The notes under the pieces: generated by a model | What the model saw: only the letters and a program-made list of their open reading frames with translations | Database searches by the model: none | What the model was told of the DNA's origin: nothing | In this document: in pieces, positions 1 through 15,610 of the stretch | Numbering within the stretch: position 1 is the first letter of the stretch | How the letters are laid out: every line of letters starts with the position of its first letter | Origin: Macrostomum lignano | Lineage: Eukaryota | Assembly: GCA_002269645.1 (NCBI GenBank) | Contig: NIVC01000326.1 | Span: 186,001 to 250,000 of the forward strand | Length of the DNA: 64,000 nt | Direction of reading: 5' to 3' | Program-made: the position numbers and the translations under genes

Positions 1-2
1 TA

Positions 3-1440
3 TCAGCGCATCGCTCCGGCTTGCTGTCCGGCGACTTCCGTGAGCGGAGCAGGTCCAGCGAGAGCTGTCGGGGCCGCTGCTGAAGTCTCCGAAGTTGAGC
101 TGTCCGGGCCCACCTCAGAGAGCGGTGTCGGTTCGGAGATTGACGGTGGTACTCGGTCGGGTGCCGCGACAGCCGGTACTGCTAGAGGTTGCTGACGCTG
201 CTCTGGCAGGAGTTGATCGATGTGGCGCTGGACGATGCCCTCGACGACCTTAACGTCGTAGTTGCGCTTGCCCGCCGCCATGACGAGGCCGGGCCGCCAG
301 CCGGCATCCTTGCCAAAGGTCTTCACTCGCACGGTGTCACCAACTTCGAATGACCGGGCTTGGTCCGGGCTCGCACTCTGACAGTGTCGCATCTGTTCAG
401 CCAGAGACAGTCGCAGGAGGTCCAGCCGGGATCGCAGGCGACGTCCGAATAGCAGTTCGCTTGGTGAGGCACCGGTGCTCGAATGCGGCGTGATCCGGTA
501 GGCAAACAGGAAGCGCTGCATGGCTTCCGCAGAGTGACCCGACTTCCTGATGTGGGATTTCAGCGTCTGCACGAATCTCTCGGCCTGCCTGTTGGTGGCT
601 GGGTGGTAGGGCGCTGAAGTCACGTGCCGGATCCCATTGCTACGCATGAAGTCAGTGAACTCACGAGAGGCAAACTGGGGGCCGTTGTCGGAGACGAGAA
701 TCCTTGGCAGGCCCAAGTGGCAGAATACGTCACGGAGATGCCCGATGGTCCCGCCAGCAGACGTGTCGCTGACGAGGCGAACTTCGGGCCATTTTCTGTA
801 GGCGTCGACAATGACGATGTACATTCGACCGTTGACGGGGCCAGCGAAGTCGACATGTAGGCGGCTCCATGGTTCGTTGGGGAACAGCCAGGGATGCACT
901 GGAGCCTTTGCTGGGTCTGCCTGATGAGCTTTGCAGGTGTCGCACTCTCTCCCGAGCTGCTCCAGTTCCTTGTCTAGCCCAGGCCACCAGACGAATCTCC
1001 GTGCGAGAGCCTTCATTCGGCTCGCACCGGGATGTGCCAGATGCAGCTCCCGCAGCACCGACTGGCGCAGGGTGTTCGGGATAACGACGCGAGATCCCAT
1101 CAGCACACAACCGGCTTCGACTGAAAGCTCTGTTCGACGATGGGCGAAGTCCGGAAAGTCCTCAGCTGGCAGCTCCTGTCCCGACCGCAGGGCCCACAGC
1201 AGCTTCGACAGTGCCGTGTCGGCTTGAGTTGCCTTGGCAATGGCAGCAGCAGTAACTGCGACGCTCAAATCGTCCTCTAGAGTGAGTGAGTGCACCACGG
1301 CTTCCTCGACGAAGTTGCCCTTGAGCGGCAGGCAGGAGAGGGAATCGCAGTTTCCGTGCTTCTCGGTCGGCCGGAACTCCATGGAGTACTGGTAGCCCGA
1401 TAGTCGGATGACCCACCTCTGCATCCTAGCAGCAGCGCGC
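3..1440 (-). mobile_element. Ty3/Gypsy pol fragment (RNase H end plus integrase), 5'-truncated
   Basis: ORF 3..1556 contains RMQRWVIRL..Y.MEFRP, the integrase Zn motif LHLAHPG...WWPGL...C..C, and the DDE core (LHVDFAGP, VSDNGPQF, PYHPATN.QAERF). Its upstream end is replaced by GGTGGGTGAACT repeats at ~1450. Confidence 0.9.
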
Positions 1441-1619
1441 GTCGACAGGGTGGGTGAGCTGGGATGGGTGAACTGGGGTGGGTGAATTGGGGTGGGTGAT
1501 CTAAGGTGGGTGAACTGAGGTGGGTGTTGGGAGGTTGAACTGTGGTGGGTGCACATCCAAATATACTAAATTTAGTAAGGCGTAAATAATGGCTGTAGCG
1601 GATTATCGGCATGATTAAT

Positions 1620-1950
1620 CGCCTGTCCTGCAGCCATCCCGATCTCCTTTGGATCTATCAAAATGTGGCTTTGTTGTGCATTCGTGACGGTATTTGTATT
1701 GAAGCTTATCACATGCCGGGTGGGTCGTATGCAAATTTGTAGTGACGCTGCGTCTCGTATGCTCGGTTCTCGTGCTGAATTGCGTAGTTTTTGCTTTCGT
1801 TCTTCCGGCCATATCTGCCTTTGCCTGACAATTTTGCCTATAACAATACTATCTAGACCACGCTTGCCGGCGACAAACTCTGAACAAGGCTGTTACGCCA
1901 GCAAGGCTACTGCGGTCGGGGTCGATGGCTGCTATAGACTTTGCTTTTAA
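1620..1950 (+). mobile_element. DIRS/Ngaro RNase H C-terminal fragment (degenerate)
   Basis: Translates across frameshifts as YQNVALLCIRDGICIEAYHM(P)GRMQICSDAASRM, near-identical to the RNase H motif at ~14915-15020. Confidence 0.7.
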
Positions 1951-2000
1951 ATAAATACTTCGAAGTTTTGGTGATCGCTTGTTCTACTCTTTGCGTCCAA

Positions 2001-2081
2001 GTAACATTAGTAACTAGAGTAACTAGAGTAACTAGAGTAACTAGAGTAACTAGAGTAACTAGAGTAACTAGAGTAACTAGA
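2001..2081. repeat. (AGTAACTAG)n 9-mer tandem array
   Basis: About 8 perfect units are visible directly. Confidence 0.95.
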
Positions 2082-2464
2082 TACGAGGGGATGAGCGGCA
2101 CCGATGGCTGCTTTCGTGCTCCGACTGCGGAATTAACAAAGAGGAATTACTTGCTCGGGGATAGCCAAATTAAGCCAGTAAATTTATGAGTTGGGCGCAT
2201 TTTTGCAATCCGTAATTTTATGTGCAAACGGAAAAGTGTTATATTGACTCAATAACTTGCTCTGGCACAGCCAAATGTAAATTCAAAAGCAACACTGCTG
2301 CTCAACGAAGAGCAACATTTGAAAACTACGAGTAAGTCTGCAGCAATTCTAATTGCGCATGCAATATTCCAGTCCATCTACTGACCGAGCTACTCCTACA
2401 GAAAACTGAAGCAGGCAAATTCGCTGAGTACTTGGGTCCTGAGCACACAGTGCAGCTATTCAAG

Positions 2465-3701
2465 CTAAGGCATGAGCAGTTGCTGATGCCAGACCAGCCC
2501 CAGAGCCGGCGCTGTCACCAGTGAGAGAACGGACACCAGGGCGGTCGGTCGGGTCACCGGGCTGCTCACAGAAACTGCCTCATCGCTGAGAAGCTTCCTG
2601 TCTTTTAGATAAGGCCTCGGTTTGGCATCTGGATCTCCGTAATTCCAATAGTCGCCCCTGTCGTTGCACAGGCGGCTGTAGCAGCGGCGGCACATTTTCC
2701 AGCCGAGATCCTCGCAGTCGTTCCCACAGCCAACCACTGTCAACTGGAATTTGAGCAGAGTGGACGATCGAATGGTTTTGTTGGGATCAATGCGACAGCT
2801 GGGAATCTGACAGCTTAGTTTTGTATGGATGCGAAAATTTTGAGTAAACTGGACAACTTACACCGTTTAAAACAAAACCTGTGCCGCAGCCGTGTTCCCT
2901 GGGGCACAGCCTCCATATCGGATGAAAAATCTTTGCCTCTTCAAAGTTTGATGAAGCGTAGCAGGTGATTAAACTCTGACGTTTCGGCACCAGCTCTTTG
3001 GCGAATTTTTCGTTGCACAAATCCGTGGTGCAGTCGCGGCACTGAGTAAAGTTCCCTTCCGTGAATTCGTGATCAGAGCAGGGTCCGCAGTGCATATAGA
3101 GTTCCTGAAGCACAAGTGATTTCATTGTATATGCTTGTAGCTACGAGTATAATAATGAGTTTTCTTGAGTTGAAAATACAGAACTCTGTTTGAGACTCGG
3201 GCGGGTTCTGTCGTCCTAATTTTGTATGAATCCGCAACAAGCCAACAAAGTTGCATGAAAAAGCTACATTCTCTGATGGCTCTCTCCCTATTCTGAGGTC
3301 AGCAACTGCCAATTGCAACTGAGATACCCAAGCCTGTACAATCACTCAATCAGATGATGAGCTGCTCACAAAAAAGCCGGGTCTCTCTTTCCAGTTCTTC
3401 CACGATTGATACTCGGAGCAGACGGTCGAGCTGCGACAGGTCTTCATGCCCTTGGGAAAGTCGCTAGTCACGTAAACATCCCAGCCACTGTAGCAGTTAA
3501 TTGTGTCGTTTGACTTCGCATTGACCTGAGCTCGGCCTAAAAGAGAAAAAGCAGCTTCTATGCCAACGAGTAACGCACGAGTGTCTGACGGTACTTTTCA
3601 AAAGAGAGATAAGAGCCATGCTCAACAGCGAACTCGAACTCACCGAGCAGTGCGCCAGTCAAAACGAGAGCAGCCATCGGCCAAAGGTGTTGCGCCAGCA
3701 T
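2465..3701 (-). CDS. Two-LU-domain (Ly6/uPAR three-finger-like) GPI-anchored protein, intact copy 1, 269 aa
   Basis: Exons 3701-3644, 3536-3370, 3104-2862 and 2806-2465 have GT-AG junctions and consistent phases (810 nt). The protein has a signal peptide MLAQHLWPMAALVLTGALLG, two Cys-rich units (CY...C..C...LCN) and a hydrophobic GPI-type tail. Confidence 0.8.
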
Positions 3702-4701
3702 TTGCTGCAGATTAAACAGCTGGTAAAGTCTCTGCAGTTGTAAAAGTTGTTGGGAAAATCAATGGCTTCTGTCGTGTGCAAGCAACTCAACGATAAGTGT
3801 TACATATACATAGCTATAGCGCGTATGCACTACCGCTTTTACCCATCTGTGGTTTTAAAACTTATAGTTTATGGCTGCAATGCAAGTTGCCATAATCTGA
3901 TCCAGTCACGCCGAATTACCCACAAGCTACTGAACGCAGCTAAGTGATCAATTTTAAATGAAAATCACTGGGTCGATGAGCTGCGGGGTTGACTGAGGTG
4001 ATTGCACTGGGGAGGGTGAGCTGGTGGGTTTTTCTGGGGTGAGGGCACTGTTGCGGTAACAAGCTTTACGCTACCGTTGCATTTGATTGCTTTATTTTCA
4101 AATCTAAACTTCAAACCTTTTGCAAAATACGAACCACCCTGCTGTTGACCAAATGTTTTCATTTGATACACCTTTTTGCGTTATAATTTTCGACAAAACT
4201 GCATTCAATTTCGGCAGCCAGCGCCTGTGTAGAAAACCTTCGGATTTAGAGCAAGTGATTGTGCCGAGAATTTGCGTATTTCTCGGAGGCAGATAAGATT
4301 TGCCAACTATCAATAAGTCAATCACTACCAACCAGTCAAGTCAATCAATCAACTCTGATCTATTCTCGGCCTCAATCAGAAAGCCAAGTTACATCCCCGC
4401 CAGGTAACGAGGCATTTTTAATCCCCGTACTCCCTGACATACAGATTAGCTTTACGCAGCTGCTAATGAGTTGTCGGCTATTCTTTTTTCTAGAAACAAA
4501 CGTCTTTATGCATCAAGAGCATATTAAAACAGAAAATAAAACATCGCAGAGTTTGTGCTTTTAAAACAAGGCTTAACAGTTCAGATTTTGCTTATATTTA
4601 ATCAGGCATGGTAAGATCACACATCTGACAGAGTGACTGCGACAGATTGTCTTAAGTTGTGTTTGAGTATTATTTAAAGTAATCAACAGACACGTTTAGT
4701 T

Positions 4702-4707
4702 TTTATT
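4702..4707 (-). terminator. Polyadenylation signal AATAAA of the knottin-precursor gene
   Basis: AATAAA lies 50 nt downstream of the TAA stop. Confidence 0.55.
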
Positions 4708-4756
4708 ATTATAGCGAGTCAAATGGGAATCTTGCACAATTATGCGGCTTGCAGTT

Positions 4757-6117
<1,361 letters not shown>

Positions 6118-6208
6118 GTTGTCGGCAGTGTCGATTTCCGTTGTCGATATGTAGTCAGTTAACGAGATGAAGTGATGATGCCGCTCCTCTTGGGATCAGG
6201 GCGCTCGC

Positions 6209-6215
6209 TTATATA
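6209..6215 (-). promoter_or_regulatory. TATA box (TATATAA) of the knottin-precursor gene
   Basis: The minus strand reads CTATATAAGC about 92 nt upstream of the ATG at 6117. Confidence 0.6.
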
Positions 6216-7154
6216 GTGCTGGAAGCTCAGTGCCTCTCTGTGGCTGAAATCTCCGAGGGCAGACAGGCCCGAAAATTTGACAGTTCTGCCAGCCTCAGCT
6301 CGAGCTCGAGATCTGTCCGTCTGGTCTCATAGTCTGTGGCCAAAACCCCCTCCCAGTAAAGCATTTGCTTCTGTGTAAAGCCGAGTCAAGTTAGGATTAG
6401 ACTGTGTACTTTTATCTGAGCTGCTGAGCTTTCAAGTTCAATACTTTTCCTCTTTACAGATGGAGAGAGGCTTAGAGTGCATAGAGCAATAGCAGAGGAA
6501 TGTACTGTTCGCGATGGATGAAATGAGTGGGCTGTGGGGGCTTCCAAACTAATTGGAAGAAATTGTTTTTATCGATTGAGAAGCTGTTGAAACCCGTGGA
6601 TTTTAAACCCGCTGAATTCCAATCTTCGGAACTATTTTCGCATGTGTTCTTAAATTTGAAGTTATGCTCAAACAATAACTTGTGAATAGTTGGGACTTGG
6701 GATGGATACAGTTAAACAAAACTTGAATTAAATTTGTGTTAAAAGTATATTTTTGAATAGAATAGAATCTAAGACTACGCAAACGACATCAGGACAGTAA
6801 CCTAACTGAATAATTTTTGAAATTAGGAGATGAAGATGGATGTATAGAATAATTACGCTCACTCACTCACCTTACCTTGAAAACAATAATCATAAAAGCG
6901 GGAGGGCCACTGGTGGGCAGGGAGGACACGATCACGATCCCTAGCAAAAGTTGTGAAAGGGACGTGTTAATGCCGAACCTTGTGCCAAGCAACAAAAATC
7001 AAGAACTTTGCTTCCACGCGCCAAAACGAGTCAACGGTGACCATCAAATCCACGCTCAAATTGCAGGTGATGTTTTTTGAGTTCGTGTGGCGCTGCAAGC
7101 GATTCTGACTCAGGTCGTTGGGAATCTGCCAATGCAAGTCCAAACGGTGCTGTG

Positions 7155-7378
7155 TGGGTGAACTGGGGTGGGTGAATTGGGGTGGGTGAACTGGGGTGGA
7201 TGAATTGGGTGGGTGAACTTGGGTGGGTGAACTGGGGTGGGTGAATTGGGGTGCGTGAATTGGGTGGGTGAACTGGGGTGGGTGAACTTGGGTGGGTGAA
7301 CTTGGGTGGGTGAACTGGGGTGGGTGAATTGGGGTGCGTGAATTGGGTGGGTGATCTAAGGTGGGTGAACTGGGGTGT
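7155..7378. repeat. GGTGGGTGAACTGG-type array (dispersed family, also ~1450, ~4000, 19467, 23525, 25225)
   Basis: Seen directly. Confidence 0.85.
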
Positions 7379-7536
7379 GTAATAAATCAGCTATGCTGCT
7401 TGTTTAAAGTGGTAGAAGAATACGAGAGAGCTATTAAAGCTCTGGTGTCTGTATTTATATTGTAAAGCGATGCTACGTGAGCGAGAGCGATGACATAATG
7501 TAATATTTTATTCCTTGCCTTAGAGGCAGTCTGAAC

Positions 7537-8791
7537 TGTTACACCATTTTACCCTCGATTTTGAACAAGGAGAACTTCAAAACTGACAAACTCCTCTTCA
7601 ATATTGACACTCTATGGTCGGGCACTCAAAATCTACAATCAATATTGACAGATCAAGCTTCATTTTTGACAAACTCTGGTTCAATTTTGACAATGCACGT
7701 TTAGTCAACTTCTCCTGGGAGAATTCGGTAACAAAGTAATCCAATGAAAGCTTGAACGGGGCTGAAGTGAGCTGTGCAAAATCAGCTTATTCTGACTTTG
7801 CTTTTTGGATCTACAAGTATTGATAAAATTTATTTTTCTCTATCCTTTACACACACGGAAAAGGTGTTAAATTTTTTTAACAAGTAAAAATTGTTAAAAT
7901 CTATTTCAAAAAATGTCTTAGTCAAAATCGATTGTTAACTGTTCAATATTGATTCGGAGTTGTCAAAAATGAAGCGGACTTTTTAGGTACACAAACCATA
8001 GAGTGTCAGTTTTGAAGCAACTCTGTCAAAATAGAATCGGACTTTGCAGCCCAACCAGTCAGGCTATTTTAGTCCGTGTGTGTAAAGGATAGAGAAAAAT
8101 AAATTTTATCAATACTTGTAGATCCAAAAAGCAAAGTCAGAATAAGCTGATTTTGCACAGCTCACTTCAGCCCCGTTCAAGCTTTCATTGGATTACTTTG
8201 TTACCGAATTCTCCCAGGAGAAGTTGACTAAACGTGCATTGTCAAAATTGAACCAGAGTTTGTCAAAAATGAAGCTTGATCTGTCAATATTGATTGTAGA
8301 TTTTGAGTGCCCGACCATAGAGTGTCAATATTGAAGAGGAGTTTGTCAGTTTTGAAGTTCTCCTTGTTCAAAATCGAGGGTAAAATGGTGTAGCAATCGT
8401 GACAAATAATTAGCTGAATCATCGTATTGATTTAATGTACGTTCGCTCTCTATGTACATCGCAGGCTTAACTTCAACTTGCATAAATAAAGCGATCACTG
8501 CCTCACGGGGCCTTCGTGTTTCGGGTGCTGCCAAATACCGCGTGTTACAAGTGGTAGCAGAGTGTACTATGGCAGAGGGCGGCAGTCACCGTGCGATTCC
8601 TAGGGCGTTCAGCTCAGCGTTACACAAATTGCCCATAACTCAATCAATTAACAATAACTCAAACCTAACAAACTTGCTTAGATAATAATAGAGAAAATAA
8701 TAATGAGAAAGTACAAGTACAAATCAATACACTCACACTGAATGCATGCACATACGCTCGTATTAGTAGCTACACGACACTTCCTTCCTAA
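7537..8791 (-). mobile_element. Gypsy 3' LTR with polypurine tract, interrupted by the MITE
   Basis: Downstream of the pol stop (8862), the PPT TTAGGAAGGAAG (8791-8780) is followed by TGTCGTGTAG (8779). Removing the MITE gives an end ...TGCTAACA at 7537. The distal end is uncertain and could extend to ~7378. Confidence 0.6.
7542..8390. mobile_element. Foldback MITE with ~318-bp terminal inverted repeats and TA target duplication
   Basis: 7542-7859 is the reverse complement of 8073-8390. The termini CACC...GGTG are flanked by TA (7540-41, 8391-92). Confidence 0.9.
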
Positions 8792-8861
8792 AGGGAGTTC
8801 AAAACGCGAAAAAACATGGTGATTAAAGATTTGCTTTTGAGTCAAGTCGGTGTCACAAGGT

Positions 8862-9147
8862 TCAATCACTTCCCGCCTGAAGCCTGGCAGGCGCGAACCG
8901 CATGCGTTCTGGATATCGGCGCATCGCTCCGGCTTGCTGTCCGGCGACTTCCGTGAGCGGAGCAGGTCCAGCGAGAGCTGTCGGGGCCGCTGCTGAAGTC
9001 TCCGAAGTTGAGCTGTCCGGGCCCATTTCAGAGAGCGGTGTCGGTTCGGAGATTGACGGTGGTACTCGGTTGGGTGCCGCGAAAGCCGGTACTGCTGGAG
9101 GTTGCTGACGCTGCTCTGGTAGGAGTTGGTCGATAAGTGATTGCACA
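8862..9147 (-). mobile_element. Gypsy pol 3' end, duplicate of positions 1-210
   Basis: Near-identical to the window start (PEQRQQP...AGQQAGAMRRYPER). Confidence 0.9.
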
Positions 9148-9289
9148 ATCAGTGTTTAGTTTAACGTGCAAATGTTAGCTAACGATTGAGAAATGTACAT
9201 CGTGCATGCTTTGACTATAAATATATTGACCGAGACAGAAGTGTCTCCACTGTCTGACTAGACTGAATTGAATTCATCAATTAACTACA

Positions 9290-11604
<2,315 letters not shown>

Positions 11605-11987
11605 GATACGAGGGAATGAGCGGTACAGATGGCTGCTTTCGTGCTCCGACTGTGGAATTAACAAAGAGGAATTACTTGCTCGGGATAGCCAAATTAAGCC
11701 AGTAAATTTATGAGTTGGGCGCATTTTTGCAATCCGTAATTTTATGTGCAAACGGAAAAGTGTTATATTGACTCAATAACTTGCTCTGGCACAGCCAAAT
11801 GTAATCCAAAAGCAACACTGCTGCTCAACGAAGAGCAACATTTTAAAAATACGAGTAAGTCTGCAGCAATTCTAATTGCGCATGCAGTATTCCAGTCCAT
11901 CTACTGACCGAGCTACTCCTACAGAAAACTGAAGCAGGTAAATTGGCTGAGTACTTGAGTCCTGAGCACACAGTGCAGCTATTCAAG

Positions 11988-12490
11988 CTAAGGCATGAGC
12001 AATTGCTGATGCCAGACCAGCCCCAGAGCCGGCGCTGTCACCAGTGAGAGAACGGACACCAGGGCGGTCGGTCGGGTCACCGGGCTGCTCACAGAAACTG
12101 CCTCATCGCTAAGAAGCTTCCTATCTTTTAGATAAGGCCCCGGTTTGGCATTTGGATCTCCGTAATTCCAATAGTCGCCCCTGTTGTTGCACAGGCGGCT
12201 GTAGCAGCGGCGGCACATTTTCCAGCCAGGATCCTCGCAGTCGTTCCCACAGCCAACCGCTATAAACTGAAATTTAAGCAGAGTGGACAATCGATGCGAC
12301 AGCTGGGAATCTGACACAATATATTTTAGAGCAGACACAAAGTTTAAGTAAACTGGAAAACTTACAGTGTTAAAAAAAATCCCTGTGGCGCAGCCCTGTT
12401 CTTTTGGACACAGCCGCCAAATCGGCAGAATGATCTTTGCCTCTTCAAACTTTTCTGAAGCGAAGCAAGTGATAAAATCCTGACGTTTCA
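11988..12490 (-). pseudogene. LU-domain gene copy 2 (part of exon 3 plus exon 4; 19-nt frameshifting deletion)
   Basis: Homologous to 2465-3000. TGATCCCAACAAAACCATT is missing near 12290 and the 5' exons are absent. Confidence 0.85.
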
Positions 12491-12638
12491 GGAAACTTTT
12501 CAGAGATAAAGCTATTAACTTTTATGTTGAAAGAGCATATTTTGATGCACATAATGAGGTCCGGTTTTCGTTTTCTGGTGTGTTGTGAAAAATCCCATTA
12601 ACTACGAGCGCGTAGGAATATTCTCAAATCATATGAGG

Positions 12639-13208
12639 TGAAGAGTTAAGTTTATTGAGTGGTGATCAGTCACTCAAAAACTCCCACTGGGGAACAAGGG
12701 CCTAGTTGTATAAAAAATCGAATAATTCTTACTGCAGCGGATCCTCTTGCTGTCGGTAGTCGGCGCGGAGTCTTTCTTGCTGTTTGTAGGGCTAGCTAGC
12801 TTGCTGGGCGGTGGCGGCGGCCGGTTCCGGTGAACAGCTGTTGTCTCTTGGAGTCCTCAACTTTATCTGTGGGTCGACCAGAACGAGAGCGAATCAGAAT
12901 TCTTGACGGTCCTATAGCTCGGAATCAACAATAGAACGTGCGCCCTTAAGAACAATTGAATTCTCTGAGTATCTGTGACAGGTCCTCCTGAAGGGCGTCT
13001 TCTTCGTTACGTCCGAAACGTAACGGATACATGTAACTCAATTCAAATCAATAAATCCTCCAGGAATGTATCCTAGGAAACAAGTAGGCCTTTCTCAAAT
13101 GTGTCGAAAATAAGTGGCTCTCGTAAACTCAATTAATAAACTTATTAGTGCTATAGCAAAGAACTAAATCGGGTAACGCTTACTAATCTGTCCGGATTTC
13201 TTCTCTCA
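12639..13208 (-). mobile_element. Putative solo LTR (TG...CA), diverged relative of 24533-25134
   Basis: Shares blocks in reverse complement with the 24.5-kb element (GAAGAAGACGCCCTTC...GGAGGACCT; AGTGGGAGTTTT...ACTGATCACC...AACTCTTCA). No clean TSD. Confidence 0.5.
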
Positions 13209-13608
13209 GAGATGGGTCTTCTTGGTTAACGTATTCCAATGTTGTTCTTGAGACCGCTCCGATTATGAATTTTTTACTCAGATTTTTGCTTCTATTTATA
13301 ATAAAATTTTGGTGAGAAACTGGTTTAAAATCGGTTTTTTACGTAGCTCACATGTTTGATTAAGGGGTCATGAATGTTTGATCATTACCATATATGGAAT
13401 TAAGCTATTCAACTCCCGAGAACCGGTTTCTTGATAAAATAAACGTTGGTCCTACTGAGTCACTTCTGTTAACACATGACTCATTCTAAAAATAGATATG
13501 ACTCATCATGACTCATTCTAAGAATAGATTGCAAGTTTATTGCAATCGTTACTCTCTGAGTAAGGGGTGTTAGACACGACGGAGGGTGCCGCTGTACATA
13601 TCGCTGTA

Positions 13609-15461
13609 CTTTGGCGGGGGGTTGAGGTGTGGGGTGTTGGCCACGCCGGCCAGCTTAAAGCCTCTGCACCCGGCCCGGCTTGGCTCCGCCGCCATTTCTC
13701 AATTTTTTTGCTCAGCCACCGCCATGAGTGCCAGCCCAAAGCGACTAAACGTGCGCCAACTCAAGGCTGAGCTGCGAAACAGAGGCCTGCCTACTACGGG
13801 CCGCAAACAACAGCTTGCCAAGCGCTTGTCTACTGCACTCGGTTTAGAGCAAGCTGACGAAGACTTCAACAACTCCGAGATGACTTCTGCTCCGGACGCC
13901 GAAGACGGCATCAGCAGCGCGGGCGAGGCGCCTCCGGGGGCGGGGAGCGACCGGCTGGCTGCGTTGCGGCAGGAGGTGGAGCTGCTCGAACTGCAAGTCC
14001 TGGAAGGCCGTCGTCGTGATCTTCAGCAACAGCTTCACACTCAGCAGCGCTTGACGGCTCAGCCCCAGCCAGCATCATCATCAGGTGAGCATAACGCACA
14101 TGCCAGTCTGCAGTTGCCCGAGGTTTTTGAATCTGGGATGAGGGAGGCGGCTCAGCTTCAGGCCGCTAATTGCCAGGCTCCGACTCGCAGGTTGCATCTA
14201 GTCAGAGACCATATCAAGCTAGCCAGAGGACCCGGCTCAGCCAGTCAGGAGCAGTTGATCGCCACTATGGAGAATGGCTCGCTCACATTCAGAAAGCAGG
14301 GGCCGAAGCTGTCTAGTATCTCTGCTGGTCAGTGGATCGCGGCCAACTCGATCATCTTGCAAAAGCTGATCAAGGAAAAACTCCCGGCGGCTGCTGGAAG
14401 CACTGATGGTCTCCTGACTGACGTCCTTGGCTACCTTGACTACAATCGCAAGATTGGAGAGCTGCTGGCTGCTGACTATCCGGAGTCCGTAATCTGGGAG
14501 TTTGACGAGGACTACCGGAGGCTGGTGGCGGAGTTGGGCATGGCGTGGGGTGAGGAGCCCCCTCAGTTGTACCACAAGCACCTCAACGCCCCCAGAAACC
14601 TGCGGTTCACATTCGCTAAGCAGCCCAGCCAGCAGCAAATCCCGGCAGCAACCAGGCCGATCTGTCTGCGCTTCAACTCCGTGTCCGGATGCAACCGCCA
14701 GAACTGCAAGTTCCGCCACGTCTACAAAATCCAAGGCTGCCTGGCAGCGCACCCGGCTCATGCTCACACGCAGTCGCCGCAGCCATTACTCACCGGACAG
14801 CTGCCGGGTCACGTGACCGGTGCGAATGCAAAAAACTGATGCCATTTTATCCAGCTGACTGCTCTGCTTTTAATTCCGATTTTTCTGCTTTTACTTCTGC
14901 TTCTGCTTTCCTGCAGGTGTACCAGACTGTGGCTCTGCTGTGCATCAGGAACAGCATCAGTTTGGAGGCCTTTCACCTGCCTGGTCGCATGCAGATTTTT
15001 GCTGATGCCGCCTCCCGCATGTTTGCCTCGCAGTCTGAGCTCATTAACTTTTGCTGCCGCTACTACCGTACGCTCGCGATCTGCCGGCTTGAGTTCGCGT
15101 TGCAATCTCTGCCGCTTCCCAATCTCGCCTCCTTTTGCAGGTCGGCCTCGCCCTCCGGAGACGCCGCCCGCCCCCGCGCTGTGTCCGCCGGACACCTGTG
15201 CCGCCTCGGCCTGGCGGAGAACTCCTGGCGATGCTACCTCAGCCAGCTGCGCTCCTGGGAAGCCTTCTGTGATAGCGCAGGCCGCCCCTTATCTCCAGCT
15301 GACGGTGACCTGCTCTGCCGCTACATTGCGCACCCGGTGAGCACCCGGCTCCGGTCCTTCTTCCTTCTCCGGTCTTTGGCGGGGGGTTGAGGTGTGGGGT
15401 GTTGGCCGTGCTGGCCAGCTTACGAGCCGTAAAGCCTCTGCACCCGGCCCGGCTTGGCTCC
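13609..15461 (+). mobile_element. Internally deleted Ngaro-type element: direct repeat, Gag, RNase H end, YR start, direct repeat
   Basis: Direct repeats at 13609-13687 and 15374-15461. Gag, RNase H motif FHLPGRMQIFADAASR and YR N-terminus (YLSQLRSWEAFC) are present; RT is deleted. Confidence 0.8.
13724..14839 (+). CDS. Ngaro Gag-like protein with N-terminal SAP domain and C-terminal Cys/His finger
   Basis: Kozak GCCACCGCCATG at 13724. SAP motif LNVRQLKAELRNRGLPTTGRKQQLAKRL, DIRS-gag core (W...N...Y..KI....YP...W.FDEDYRR..A...W), finger ICLRFNSVSGCNRQNCKFRHV. Confidence 0.75.
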   Translation: MSASPKRLNVRQLKAELRNRGLPTTGRKQQLAKRLSTALGLEQADEDFNNSEMTSAPDAEDGISSAGEAPPGAGSDRLAALRQEVELLELQVLEGRRRDLQQQLHTQQRLTAQPQPASSSGEHNAHASLQLPEVFESGMREAAQLQAANCQAPTRRLHLVRDHIKLARGPGSASQEQLIATMENGSLTFRKQGPKLSSISAGQWIAANSIILQKLIKEKLPAAAGSTDGLLTDVLGYLDYNRKIGELLAADYPESVIWEFDEDYRRLVAELGMAWGEEPPQLYHKHLNAPRNLRFTFAKQPSQQQIPAATRPICLRFNSVSGCNRQNCKFRHVYKIQGCLAAHPAHAHTQSPQPLLTGQLPGHVTGANAKN

Positions 15462-15496
15462 TTGACTAATACACGATTCTCTTGGTTGCACGTTCA

Positions 15497-15610
15497 TTAC
15501 AGAGCACAACCCTGCTTGAGCACAACCCTGCTTGAGCACAACCCTGATTGAGCACAACCCTGCTTGAGCACTACCCTGATTGAGCACAACCCTGATTGAG
15601 CACAACCCTG
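15497..15610. repeat. (GCACAACCCTGCTTGA)n 16-mer array, paralogous to 29225-29498
   Basis: Seen directly. Confidence 0.9.
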
